From Rhynchobatus australiae (Eukaryota): a stretch of 59,510 nucleotides of DNA. Below, in pieces: positions 1 through 12,639 of this stretch (the stretch's first letter is position 1; each line of letters begins with the position of its first letter). The notes under the pieces are model-generated. The model searched no databases. It saw only the letters and a program-made list of their open reading frames with translations, and had not been told where the DNA came from. Where the stretch lies: assembly GCA_034780895.1 (NCBI GenBank), contig JAUZTB010000001.1:52933880-52993389 (forward strand), in the 5' to 3' direction. The position numbers were made by a program, and so were the translations under genes.

Positions 1-229
1 GTAAATGTAAAATGTAATGAATGGGCTTTTCCTGTATCGCAAACAGCGAGGTCGGCCATAAACTCAGGCGCAGACAGTGAGGTATTAGAGGTTAAAGAAA
101 ACTATGATGCAAGATGAACGCATGACCTAAAGCAGGTCATAACATAGTCACAATGTTTTGGGGTGTTTTTCAATGTTAAAAAAGTTTAAAAATGCACATT
201 GTTTGCAAGTGGATGAAATCACACTTAGG

Positions 230-600
230 GAAGCTTGGATAATGGAAGATACCAGGCAGAAAGGCACTGAAATAGCTGAGGCTGGAGAAACAGAAGCATG
301 GATTAGGGTTCGCTAGCAGAAACTGCTGAGACAAGACTGAAATGGCCAATTTCACAGAGGTAGGAATAGGCGGCATACGCGTTGGTGAGGGATACAGTTT
401 CAATCTCAGTTCTGAAGCAAGTATCATGCAGTTGTTTTCTATCATTTTCTGCTTCGTCTGGTTCATCCTGAGACAGCAGCCAGGAAGAGAGTTAAAGTCA
501 ATGGTCAGGGGAAAAAAAAATTGTGGTGGGGCCAAAGATTACATCTTCAGTGTTTGTCATAGTCAACACATTGGAAAAGTAGAAAGAAGATGTAATCTTT
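230..600 (-). mobile_element. Decayed L2-clade LINE ORF2 fragment
   Basis: Minus translation 'CLRMNQT...MILASELRLK' resembles the L2 RT C-terminal motif (LNQTVRNLGVxFDxELSF); heavily degenerate; boundaries approximate. Confidence 0.4.
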
Positions 601-1287
601 TTTCTGCAAATCATAAATTCTCTTTTTCTTGTGTGTGATTGCACCAAGAAACCTTCTAGGCATTGATCATTTAATAAAGAGAATGCATAATTTGCACTGG
701 ATCACAACAAATTACATTATCTACATCGCCTCCTAATAACTTGTTTTCTCCATACTCTTTTGCAGGCATCTGTATGTGATGTACTTTTCCTTAAGTAGGA
801 GGACAACTAAGTAGCGTTGTTTCAGAATTCTGCCACCAGAGCTCTTGCAATTTTTCCAANNNNNNNNNNNNNNNNNNNNNNNNNNNNNNNNNNNNNNNNN
901 NNNNNNNNNNNNNNNNNNNNNNNNNNNNNNNNNNNNNNNNNNNNNNNNNAACCTCAGTACATCCTTCCTTGTAGCATGTTAGTTCTGAAACAAAATTAAC
1001 TTTGCAAACAAATTCAAATTAAAGAATGTGGTTGCTGTGTATCTAAAAAAAATGAACGCACATTGCTGAAAATTAATTGTAATTAAAATGAAACAACTTC
1101 AGCCATGAAATTAATTTCATGGCTGATTCATGTCAGGCATAATCTCTATTTCAATAAAAACCAATAACTAATCTAAAACTGTTTAAATCGTACTAGATAA
1201 ACAGTACATAATAACATAAGTGTTAAGAGTGGAAGGCAGCCAGCTGGCCCTTCAAGCCTGTTCTATCATTCAGCAAGCAGTTAGAAG

Positions 1288-1535
1288 GGCAAATGTTGGT
1301 TTTATTGCAAGAGGATTTGAGCACAAGATACATACTGCATTTATGTATAGTTTGGCGAGACAGTACGTGGAGTATTCTGTATAGTGTTGATCTCCTTACC
1401 TAAAAAAGATATATTACTACCGAGAGAGGTCAGAAAAAAAATCGTTAGACTTATTCCTAGGAAGGCTGGTTTGCCACTTGAGGAGAGATTGAGAAGACTA
1501 ATTATGTATTCTCAAAAGTTAAGAATGAGATAGAG
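1288..1535 (+). mobile_element. CR1 LINE ORF2 3' fragment
   Basis: 'tgttggttttattgcaagaggatttgagcacaag...gtggagtattctgtatagtgttgatctccttac' matches the CR1 region encoding LYxxLVRPHLEYCVQFWSP; degenerate. Confidence 0.6.
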
Positions 1536-1739
1536 AGGGTAGGGCAGAAGGACTTTCACCAATAAAGCATGTGGGTAATGTGTCTTAACAGAGCAATTGC
1601 CCTTAGTTATCCTAGGTGAAAAGCAATGCCCATGAACATAGCTGAAAAAAAAGTGTTATTAAGCTGGTGCGAGTGAAGTCAATAACACATAATATTTTGC
1701 AATGTATAGATGGAGGGAAAAGGGACTCTCGATTTAAGG

Positions 1740-1975
1740 AGAGAAACTCATCTGCTTTTTCTTGGCAAGAAAGGTGCACATAGATGACGTTTGCCAAATA
1801 TGTGGCTTCAACAATGGTGCAGAATGCATCTGATGGCACCCGCAAGTTCTCATGCCAAGAAGCATTCTGACATTTGCAATGCAATTGAGCAGACAATTAG
1901 TCTGCTGAAGCAACAGTTCTGCTGGCTGGATTCTTTGAATACACACTTCAGCACACTCCAGTGAGGGTTGCCCAG
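1740..1975 (+). mobile_element. PIF/Harbinger transposase remnant (DDE_Tnp_4-like), internally deleted
   Basis: Frameshifted translation gives 'FAKICGF-MVQNASDGT' (cf. FxxIAGFPxVxGAIDGTH), then 'KKHSDICNAIEQTISLLKQQFCWLD' (cf. HxxTRxxIEQTIGxLKxRFRCLD) and 'LQHTPVRV' (cf. LQYSPERV). Confidence 0.7.
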
Positions 1976-2802
1976 CTTTACCTTCCTCGATCTATATATG
2001 GGCTTAGTATTTTTCCACCAGCTGCAGAACAGAAAGAGGAGAGAGGATGTGATGTCAAGTGGATCTTTCTAGCTGTATATTCAAAGAGATTTATGCCTTC
2101 CAACTTCAGTGAAGAGAACCTTATAGCAAATCACTACAGCTCAGGGACTGTATCAGTCAGTGGTCATACACCACAAGATCTGGACAACATCTTGGCTTAT
2201 GTAACATTGAGGCAGATTGTAAATAGTATGGAAACCATTAGAGTTGATAGAAAACAAAGTGATTTCAAAGTTGAATAGATTAATAATCAAGACATCAACA
2301 TGAGTATTGACACAGCAGCTGACTGCTCCATTATGAGAAGGAATATGCAAGGCCAATACCTAGTGAGGTGCTATTTGGAAGAAGCACATTACTTGGAGAA
2401 TATATTCCGGCAAAACCCTGAGAATACCACAACAAATGGAATGTGCGTTGCTCTGTAATAAGCAAAAGACAAGGATACTGATTATAGAGGCTGATTATGT
2501 GAATGAGCAATGTCTGTTAGGAAGATGAGGATGGATTAGGAAAACTTATTTAGTGTTAATATTGTAATTGTATTTAAAGAACAGTATGAAGATATGCTTA
2601 AGTTAACACACAAGAACTAAAAATGCACAAGATCACATTGGTATAAACCAAATAACAAACAACATTGACCAGGATTTCCTTAGTGCAAGGAGCTTGGATG
2701 AGNNNNNNNNNNNNNNNNNNNNNNNNNNNNNNNNNNNNNNNNNNNNNNNNNNNNNNNNNNNNNNNNNNNNNNNNNNNNNNNNNNNNNNNNNNNNNNNNNN
2801 NN

Positions 2803-3835
2803 CTTGGATGAGATGGAACTTGTAAAATGCACCCAAGAAGGGATTTTTTGAAGCAGTATGTAGAGAGTCCTATGAGAGAGGCTCTGTACTTGACCTTATC
2901 TAAGGGAATGGAGATGGGCAGGTGACACAAGTATCTGCAGGAACCCTTGGAAAATAGTGAACATAGTTCGGTCAGCTTCAAGGTAGTTATGGAAAAAGAT
3001 AACATTGTTCTTTGATTCTAAACTGGATGATGGTGGATTTCAGTTGTGCAAGTCAGGACCTGGGAGAAGTAGATTGGGAACAGGTGCTCAAGGGGAAAAC
3101 CACATCTGATAAGGGGGGAGGCATCTAAAAGCAAAATGGTAAGAGTTCAGAGTCAACATGATCCTGAAAGGGTATGAGGGAAAAATAGTGTCTTTAGGAA
3201 ACCTTGGTTGACAAAGGATATTGAAGGCTTGATCAGGAAAAAGGAATTGTATATCAGCTATAGGAAATTGGTATTGAACGAGACTTTTGAGGTTTATAGG
3301 GTATCTAGGGAAGAAACTTACAAAAGTGGACCCTGAAATGACCTTGGCAAATCGGATTAAGGATAATCCTAAAACCTTTTATGTATATTAAAAGCAAGAG
3401 GGTAGCTAAGGAAAGAGTAGATTCCCTGAGGGACCAAAGGATAATCTATGTTTGGAGCCAGGGGATATGAGCAAGGACCTAAATGAACACTTTTCATCAG
3501 TATTCCCCAAGGTGAAGTATGTGAAGGCTGGAGAATTAAGGGAGGGGCATGTTGATATTCTGGAGCATGTCTGTATCAGGAAGGAGGAAATGTTAGAAAT
3601 AGTTTTGCACATTGGGATGGATAAATCCCTCAGACCTGATGTGATCTATCCCAGATGCTAAGGGAAGCAAGAGAGGAGATTGCTGAGGCTCTGATGGAGA
3701 TTTTTTGCATCTTCATTAGCCATGGTGAGATGCCAGAAGACGGGAGGATAGCTAACATTGTCCCATCATTCAAAAAGGACCGTAGGGATAAGCCTGGAAA
3801 CTGCAGTGGTAGGGAAATTGTTGGAGAAGATTAGG
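2803..3835 (+). mobile_element. CR1 LINE ORF2 fragment (end of endonuclease to start of RT)
   Basis: CR1 motifs with stops and frameshifts: 'LNEHFSSVF', 'MDKSLRPDVIYPR', and a PEDWRxANIVPxFKK-like segment at 3730-3780. Confidence 0.8.
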
Positions 3836-4129
3836 GAAGATGGAGAATTTATGATTATTTGAAAAGAAAGAGACAGATTAAGAGTCAGCTCAGGCTAAAA
3901 GAGGTGAGCAAACTGGAGTGGCATAAGGTACTGAGGAGAGTATCACAGGAAATGGGTGAAACACATCATAGCAATATACAGTATATGGCAAATAGCACCA
4001 CCTGGCTCTGCGAAAATTACAAAAGTGACCCTTTTGCCATGTCTCATGATTTGAATGCCAAATTGGCAACAGGGGAAAGATCACTAAAAGAGGTACAATC
4101 TGTGTAAGAAAGGCATTAGCAATGTCCTT

Positions 4130-5030
4130 TTCAGTGCATAATATCACCAACCAAATGCTAAATGCTTCCAACAAAGGAGCTGGGATAGTGATCAGTGACA
4201 TTAGAGAGGGTGGCCATGAGAAGCCTCTTGTTTGTGTATCATGTGTGCTAGTCACTGTGCTCAGTTAGTGAAGAAGGCATTGGCAATTATACTTGAAGGT
4301 ACAATATTTCATCAACTCTTCTTTGAAAGAACATTCACACTTGTTACTGACCACAAATTTTTCTTGGCCATTCTGGGACTGATGTCAGCTTTTCCTATGA
4401 TATTGACATCAACAATGCAGAGACGGGTTATCTTTCCAACTCAAAAAAGCATGACATTGAGTACAAAACATCCAAGCAAAATGCTACAATGGATGCCTTG
4501 TTGAGGCTACCTGATATTCTACAGGTGTTAGAAGATGATTTCAGATCAGTGCTCAAAGAAATTGCAAAGAAAGATCATANNNNNNNNNNNNNNNNNNNNN
4601 NNNNNNNNNNNNNNNNCGAAGACAGTGGTTAAAAGATTTGTCGAGTGACCAGGCACAGACATAAAAGACCAAGTTAATTAACATACAGATTGCAGAACAC
4701 AACCTTCTCTAATTCCACTTTAGGCGTGGAAGTGGCCTGCAGGAGCATTTCAGCAAGTGCACATAGATTATTGTGAAAAAGGTGGGAAAAGTCTTTTTTG
4801 CATCAACCAACAGCCATTTAAAGTGGCTACAATTAAAACAAGTAGGGACATACTCCACAGCACAATGCATAACACAGTGTTCCAGAATAATTGTAAACAA
4901 TAATGGTGCACAGTTTAGATTGCTTTGTTATGAATAGCAAAGAAGAACCATTTCACTTCTCCTTACCACCGAGCTTCAAAAGAGGTGGCTGTGGAGAGTG
5001 TGCATGCATTAGTTGTTATCTTGCAAAATT
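4130..5030 (+). mobile_element. Ty3/Gypsy LTR retrotransposon pol remnant (RNase H and integrase)
   Basis: 'AQLVKKALAII...FHQLFFERTFTLVTDHKFFLAILG' matches Gypsy RNase H (YAQIEKEALAI...FTLVTDHKPL); 'WKWPAGAFQQVHIDY...SHLKWL' near 4727-4830 matches the integrase WxWPxxPWxRxHIDF...HSKW motif. No LTRs recognised. Confidence 0.8.
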
Positions 5031-5455
5031 ACACAGATTCCAGAATAATTCTCACAGATTGGACGATAGCAAATGTTACTCCACTTTATGAGAAAGAAAA
5101 GGGAGAAAACAACAACCAGTAAACCAATTAACTTCACATCGATAGTTGGAATAGATGGGGTAATAGGACACCAGAAACTGATAGCAGTATCAGGCAGAGT
5201 CAGCATGCATTTATGAAAGGGAAATTATATTCTTTTTTTGATGTTGTAACTCGAAAAGTAAAGAGGGATGAACCAGCTGATGTTGTGCATTTGTACTTTA
5301 AGAAGAACTTTGATAAGATTTCACACAAAAGGTTGTTAAACAAAATGAGTGCTCACATTTTTGGGGGTAAAACACTGGCATAGATTGACAATTAGGTAAA
5401 GGACAGAAAAGTGAAAGGATGAATCAACCGGTCATTTTCTGAATGGGAGGCTCCA
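5030..5455 (+). mobile_element. CR1 LINE RT fragment
   Basis: Degenerate DWxxANVTPL, SQHxFMKGK and DVVxLxFxKxFDKIxH motifs of CR1 RT; ends at an N-gap. Confidence 0.75.
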
Positions 5456-7367
5456 NNNNNNNNNNNNNNNNNNNNNNNNNNNNNNNNNNNNNNNNNNNNN
5501 NNNNNNNNNNNNNNNNNNNNNNNNNNNNNNNCCCAGAGCTCAATGGTAGAGGAACCCACAGACATTCTTGCAGGATGATCTCAAACAGCACTGGGGCTAA
5601 AAGTTCCAGCCCCAGACGGTATTGTCTTGCAATGTTCAACAGCAGTTTGAGATAGTTTGCTAACACACAACAGCAAACAAGTGGATGGAATGCCATTGTT
5701 GAGATCCTAAATGCTGCCAGCCTGCGAGAGGATAACCAAATCAATGCTGCAAAGAGAAACAGACAGTTCCCCAGGATACTGCCTCAGAATTCTTGGTAAG
5801 CTGTTGGAATGCTTGTACATTGATAATGGTAGCAGCCTTTGTTTACATGGTAGCAAGCTCAAATATTCTATCTGATGTTTCAGCTTCCATTGCAGTACGC
5901 AGACGCTGGTACGCTAATAGGTGCTGCAGTAGTAGCTGAGATACAACATTATCATTGGGTCTGTGACGATGATTGGATCTGACGACCACTTTCTTGTTAG
6001 AACAAAAGGGTTCAGGCTCTGGGCAAAGCCACAGGCAGGGTTGGAATTGGCCTTCTCCATGCTACTTGAGATTTGATGCATGGTTTTCACCAGGCTTTTC
6101 ACTGTGAATATCCATCATCCTTTACCTGGATGATGCCTCACCTGAGTCCCCTGGAGCTTAACTCATATGCCCTCTGGGGACTGAGCACCTAGGCTATTTT
6201 GTTTTCCTGAAATGAAAACAGAAAATGCTACAAACATTCAGCAGATCAGACAGCACACAAAGAGAGAGAAAAAAAGTTAAGGTTTTAGGTCATTGACCTT
6301 TTTCCAGAACGAGGAAAAGTTAGAAATAAAGTTGCAGAGAAATGAGTGAGGGAAGGAGAAAAAGAGGAGGAAGATCCGGTACAAGGTGAAGACAAGGAAA
6401 GAATGAATGACAGAAACAGTGGTGGTGCCAGAAGAGGGTAGTAGGGGCTAGTGATTAACATAAACTATGCTTGGACAAAGCATAAACAGGAGAAGACAAA
6501 TGAAACTCAAAGTACCACATGAGCAGAGAAAGGGAAAAAAATCAGAACAATGCTAGAAAAATGAGATGTATGATTGGATTGACTGACTATGTGAAAGAGC
6601 TGAACTCAGCGTTGCACCCTNNNNNNNNNNNNNNNNNNNNNNNNNNNNNNNNNNNNNNNNNNNNNNNNNNNNNNNNNNNNNNNNNNNNNNNNNNNNNNNN
6701 NNNNNNNNNNNNNNNNNNNNNNNNNNNNNNNNNNNNNNNNNNNNNNNNNNNNNNNNNNNNNNNNNNNNNNNNNNNNNNNNNNNNNNNNNNNNNNNNNNNN
6801 NNNNNNNNNNNNNNNNNNNNNNNNNNNNNNNNNNNNNNNNNNNNNNNNNNNNNNNNNNNNNNNNNNNNNNNNNNNNNNNNNNNNNNNNNNNNNNNNNNNN
6901 NNNNNNNNNNNNNNNNNNNNNNNNNNNNNNNNNNNNNNNNNNNNNNNNNNNNNNNNNNNNNNNNNNNNNNNNNNNNNNNNNNNNNNNNNNNNNNNNNNNN
7001 NNNNNNNNNNNNNNNNNNNNNNNNNNNNNNNNNNNNNNNNNNNNNNNNNNNNNNNNNNNNNNNNNNNNNNNNNNNNNNNNNNNNNNNNNNNNNNNNNNNN
7101 NNNNNNNNNNNNNNNNNNNNNNNNNNNNNNNNNNNNNNNNNNNNNNNNNNNNNNNNNNNNNNNNNNNNNNNNNNNNNNNNNNNNNNNNNNNNNNNNNNNN
7201 NNNNNNNNNNNNNNNNNNNNNNNNNNNNNNNNNNNNNNNNNNNNNNNNNNNNNNNNNNNNNNNNNNNNNNNNNNNNNNNNNNNNNNNNNNNNNNNNNNNN
7301 NNNNNNNNNNNNNNNNNNNNNNNNNNNNNNNNNNNNNNNNNNNNNNNNNNNNNNNNNNNNNNNNNNN

Positions 7368-7740
7368 NGTGGATTGGGTGTGAGGTGTGGTGGAAATGGC
7401 ATGTCAGGAGTAGAATCAGGCAAGGGTATAAAAACATCTTCAATGATCTCTGTGCCACTAATGGTCACAGAGACTTTGGTGTCTACTCCAATGATTGTTG
7501 ACACAGTCCCCTCCAGGTTGGTGAGCCATGCACACAGACTGGTCTTCTGGCAGCTTGATGTTACTAGTGCTGTTTATGTACCACCTTGATTGCCAAGGAG
7601 CATCAGTAAGTGTCTTGCAGCATGTCCGGCTGGCATGCCTGCCATGAATGAATAACTGGCATGGCTGGAAAGCTGTGAGAAGTGAGTGTGGGGCTTGGAC
7701 TAATGGCATGCATGCAAGGATACGATGGCATAGAAGGACA
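7368..7740 (-). mobile_element. Possible Harbinger Myb/SANT-like ORF remnant
   Basis: Minus translation 'QKTSLCAWLTNLEGTVSTIIG' loosely resembles the KTGGG..LTxxEExVxxIIG motif of Harbinger accessory proteins; 5532-6190 may belong to the same element. Weak. Confidence 0.3.
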
Positions 7741-7796
7741 TTAGGTAAGAGTTCAAAATTAATAGAGTTAACTGATCTTGGGCGTAAAACATAGAG

Positions 7797-8185
7797 CACC
7801 ACACACAAAATGCTGGAGGAACTCAGCAGGCCAGGCAGGATTTATGGAGAGAAATAAACAGTTGACGATTTGGGCCAAGACCCTTCATCAGGACTGGAAA
7901 GAAAGAGGTCAGAAGCCNNNNNNNNNNNNNNNNNNNNNNNNNNNNNNNNNNNNNNNNNNNNNNNNNNNNNNNNNNNNNNNNNNNNNNNNNNNNNNNNNNN
8001 NNNNNNNNNNNNNNNNNGGCCAAGACCCTTCATCAGGACTGGAAAGAAAGAGGTCAGAAGCCAGAATAAGGAAGTCAGTGGAGGGGGAGGAGTACATGCA
8101 GGCATGTAATAGGTGAGTTCAGGTGATAGGCGAGTCCAGGTGAGAGGGGAAAGGTAGGAGGGTGGGGGTGGGGGAGGAGGGACAC
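7797..8185 (-). mobile_element. Penelope-like element terminal fragment with degenerate hammerhead motif
   Basis: 'acacaaaatgctggaggaactcagcagg' terminus is shared with the GIY-YIG-bearing element at 18870; the minus strand at 7859-7896 reads cagtc-CTGATGA-agggtcttggccc-aaatc-GTC-aactg. Confidence 0.75.
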
Positions 8186-10719
8186 ACCTGGACATAGAAC
8201 ACTGTATTGTAAGATAGAATTGACAGTATCTTCTTCATTCATCTGAACTCTGCCTGTAAGATCATTGTATTTCTTGTGTCATGGTATCCATGTCCTTAGG
8301 TCTACATCCTGTCCCTGACCTCATTGGCAACCTCCTCCCACTACTACTGGACTAAATATCTGTGCAGTTGGTCATAAGAGGACCACTCTCTTCCTCACAA
8401 GCCAAGAATCTACAGCCATATTGGAAAACTGAGGTGATCACACTTCGTCCTCCTCAGCCAGAGTTTACTCGACTTTTAAAATCTGTTGGGTGCCTTACCA
8501 TATAAAGTCAGCTTTACACATTGGAGCCATGGTTAATTGGCTGCTTAGGATATTGGATTCAGGGGATGTGTGTTAAAGAGAAATGTGCCCACTTTGTGCT
8601 GCGTGGACACTAAAATCATGACAGCAAGGTAGAAGCACAAATTTCACGTACATCACCAAGAACTAATCACCCATCAGAATCCCTGGGCATGGTTTCCAGC
8701 AATATTCAGTTCCTCCCCCAATGAATTTCACAAAACATCTACATTTTGTTCATTGGGTATTTGTTGGAAAGTGATTTAATACCAATATTAGATTAATTGA
8801 CTTTTATGTAAACAATCACAAATGATAAATGTAACCTAAAAGTGCTGGCTCTAAATATGCCCACNNNNNNNNNNNNNNNNNNNNNNNNNNNNNNNNNNNN
8901 NNNNNNNNNNNNNNNNNNNNNNNNNNNNNNNNNNNNNNNNNNNNNNNNNNNNNNNNNNNNNNNNTGCCCACATTTAATCCTAAAAACTAAAAAGCAATGA
9001 AAAGTGCTTAAATTTAAATAAAGTTAAGCTTGTACACATCTTTCCTTATGCTATAATTTTACAATTAAATGGATTTGATTAGATGACCTTAGTGCTTTCT
9101 TTGTACTAAATATACCAGTTCTTTTTAAAGCAGTGAATTGCTAGTTGAAAAGTCAGGTGAAGTCCAAAATTCCGAGAAGATATAAAGGCTTTGTAAAATT
9201 TTGTTTCCCTGAACCTTGTTAAAAGTTCCTCCAGCCATCTGCAAGTATCTGTCAATGCTCCTAATTTAATGAAGGCATAGAGCGCTAGCAGTAATTGTAA
9301 ACTTAGGAATGTGGGACCAGCTAACAGCTAGCTGAGTAGGCACTGACTATTTCCAGGTGTTAAGTAAATGTGCCCCTTCGCCCCTACCCCCTCCCCTCGC
9401 TCCCCCAGGTTTCTCTTTTCTCTTTATTTGCTCATTTTGTTAAGTCACTGACATCACTGCACAAGTTACGTTTGGAAGATATCACAAGCAAGTAATAACA
9501 GATGTAAACATGTTTCTTTCTTCCATGGTATCATGACTGAGGGTTGGTGTTAGGCAGTCTCTTGAAACTCTTGCAACATTTGTTATAGCCTAGATAATGG
9601 TGCAGGCCTAGTAACCATTTAGACAAAAGTGGTTGCTTTTTGTTTTTTAAAGAACATGGTAACTCTTTCTTGCAGATGTTTGCATTAACAGGTGAGCTGC
9701 TCAATGTCTTAGCAGAAGCATTCCAGGCTGCCCTGCTGGCATGGCCTCTGCATGGGTGTTTAAATTTCGCTGTGCAGTCTCCTGTTTCAGCTTGTTAAGG
9801 CGAGTAGCAGCTGCTCAGCTTCCGCTACTGTGTCTCCCTGATGCACATCACTGACCACAGTCTCATAATAGCACTCTGTTTGCTTTTCTCTGCCCTGCCA
9901 TTGTCACCCTTCCATGCAGCTTATTGAAACCAGAACACCTGCTGCTCCAGCTCATAATTATGGGCTGTCAGCTTGTCCCATTTCCTTAACTATTGGTCCT
10001 TCATTCTATGACTAATATAAAACCAGAAAAAAAAACTAATGCTTGTGTTTGCTCAATTTCCCATGCTAGGTAATGATTACATAATTGTCAAATCTGTTGG
10101 AAAGTGCCCCCAATACAAGGGAAACTAATACTGATGTGCCATTTTTAGACACCAGAAGCTCCTCAGAAAATTGAGTCTTCTAATTGCCACTGGTGTTCTT
10201 TGAATACTAGGAACTAAGAAATGTTTATGAATTTATTTTCAGAGCACAATTTTCTTATGGTTCCAAGTAAGAAGCTAAGGCNNNNNNNNNNNNNNNNNNN
10301 NNNNNNNNNNNNNNNNNNNNNNNCTTAAAATTATTTATCAATGTATAAACTTTAACCCTTACAGTGAGTGAAATCATTCTACAACAATTAATACAAGCAT
10401 TTTTCTTTTGATGTAGTATGTCTATCAATATTATTCATAAAACTACATATTTTATTCATAGTATTGCCTTTTTAAGTCCCATTTACAATACCTAGCAGGC
10501 CTTAAAAGCAACAAGATAGCCAAGGATTATTCATCACAACTCCAGCAAAGAGAAAACTGACGTTCCAAAGATTGGAGATAATCATAAAGTGCATCCTGCA
10601 ATTTTGCCAGTTTACAAGTAATGCCAGCATTATCAATCTTTCTTAACATCTGTAAATGTTCAATAGCCATTTTAATGGCAAAGCTGGACAATTTAATTCA
10701 GGAAAACACCGTTACACTT

Positions 10720-12500
10720 GCAAAACAACAAGGTGTATTTATATCACAACTTTAAAGAGGTAAAACACCCCAGGTAGTTCACAGGGCAATTTTTAAATAA
10801 TATTTTACATTATGCCACAACAAGGTATTACAGCAGATGATCAACAAGGATGTAGTTTTAAAGAAAGAAAGTGAAGTGGAGAAGTCTCAGAGAGAAATCC
10901 AGAGCTCAGACTCTCAGCAGCTAAAGACATGATTAATATCAGGATGCTTAAGAAAGAAGTAGAGGAGCTCAGATGTTTGTAGGGCTGGAGGAGAAAACAG
11001 AAGCAGTGAAGGGTAAAGCTATGGATGACAAGTTAAAAATGAAAGTGGTGTTAGCTGGCAGCAAATACAGTTCAACAAGCTTGGATGATGGATAATGTGC
11101 AAGTGTGTTGGGTGAACTGGACAGTGTACAGTTGTAGGGTGTTACAGTTGTAGATAGAGATCAGCTGAAATATGCAGGAATAGTCAATATGAAGATATGG
11201 ATAAGGATTTCACCAGATGAGATTTTTAAAATTTTATTTACAGCATGGTAACAGGGCCTTTTGGCCCAATGAGTCCACACCGCCCAATTTAAACCCATAT
11301 TAACGTACCCGTACGTCTTTGNNNNNNNNNNNNNNNNNNNNNNNNNNNNNNNNNNNNNNNNNNNNNNNNNNNNNNNNNNNNNNNNNNNNNNNNNNNNNNN
11401 NNNNNNNNNNNNNNNNNNNGTGGGAGGAAACCAGAGCACCAGGAGGAAACCCACGCAGACACAGGAGAACGTACAAACTCCTCACAGACAGCGACAGGAA
11501 TCGAACTCCAATCACTGGCGCTGTAATAGCATCGTGCTAACTGCTATGCTACTGTGCCGCCCACGTAGATGAGAAATACAAGAGGCAAAGGAGAGATCTT
11601 TTGGGGAACCCAGAAGTACCTATATAGAAGTAAACAGAAAAGTCATTGCAAGTACTTCTTTGGTTAGATAAGAATGGAAGGTGGTGACTGGAATCCCACC
11701 CAGCTTAAGATGGTGGAGAAGTGTTGGAGGAGTCTGGAATGGTCAAATCCGACAAAGGCTGCAGACAAGTTGAGTAGAATGAGGAGACTTAGATTACCTT
11801 TGTCATGGTCACATGGGACGGCATTTATGACTTTACAAAGAACAAATTTCATACAATGGCAGAGGCAGAAACTTGATTGAATGGATTCATACATGCGAGT
11901 TCCAGAAAGATGAGCATATAATTATCAGATAGCACCTTGTCCAAGGATGCTGGACAGGAAAATTGAATATGGATTGGTAGTTTGAAAAGATGGAGGTGTC
12001 ATGGGTGATAGCAGGTTTGATGGAGAGGGATCAGTACCTGAGGAGGAAGAAACAGTAATAATAACAGCTTGTATGGGATCCAACTTGCATAGGGAGGCAA
12101 CTCCAATGGTCAGCAGTTTCAAAGGAAAAGAATCAATGGAGCAAGAAATGGGTCTCATGAAGATGTTTAGAGAAGGGTAGAGAGGAGAGAGAAGGGAAGT
12201 GGCAGAGGCATCAGACTGAATTGCCTCAATTTATTCCAAAAACAAAAATCCACAGGGTTTTGTACCTTGTGCCACAACATTTGTTACTGGGCATGAAGTA
12301 ACAGGGAAGTGAAGATTACAAAATAGTTTGCAGTGGGGAAGAGAAGCCAGGAATTATCTTCTAAATTTTAAAATGATCCAAGAAGAGTGAACAGATAACA
12401 GATAGTGCTTTATGTGATCCAATCAGATCTAGTTGCCCTGTGACCTGACATCTGTTCAAGTCTGCATTCCTTGAATTTAAGGGAGTGGAGAAGAGATTAT
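10720..12500 (-). mobile_element. L2 LINE remnant (RT to 3' end), interrupted by a SINE
   Basis: ORF 11664-11894(-) 'KVINAVPCDHDKGNLSLLILLNLSAAFVGFDHSRLLQHF' matches the L2 RT motif LLxLLDLSAAFDTVDH; L2-type 3' tail near 10725-10790. Confidence 0.75.
11235..11562 (-). mobile_element. tRNA-derived V-SINE (HE1-like)
   Basis: Minus strand starts GGGCGGCACAGTAGCATAGCAGTTAGC (A box) ... GGAGTTCGATTCC (B box), followed by the V-domain 'tgcgtgggtttcctcctggtgctctggtttcctcccac' and a CR1-like tail; internal gap. Confidence 0.88.
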
Positions 12501-12639
12501 ACTAGGAATTGATCAGGATGAGAAGAAATAATGGTTTAATGAGGCTTTAGGTGGAGGTTAAGGCGTGCATGAACAGATCAGTAAATACATAATGTTGTGA
12601 TGAATGAAGGGCCAAAGACCAGGGAGCTGGTATTTTGAA

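Noticed and set aside
1961-2278. 105-aa plus-strand ORF as an exon of a neighbouring gene such as PMS1 or C2orf88
   Set aside because: No similarity I can recognise; it starts inside the Harbinger remnant and lacks convincing splice sites.
9676-9691. Possible 16-nt plus-strand microexon (ttcttgcAG|...|GTGAG)
   Set aside because: No partner exons or reading frame found; likely chance.
11480-11562. tRNA gene
   Set aside because: The A/B boxes belong to a SINE head; no full cloverleaf, and it continues into the V-domain.
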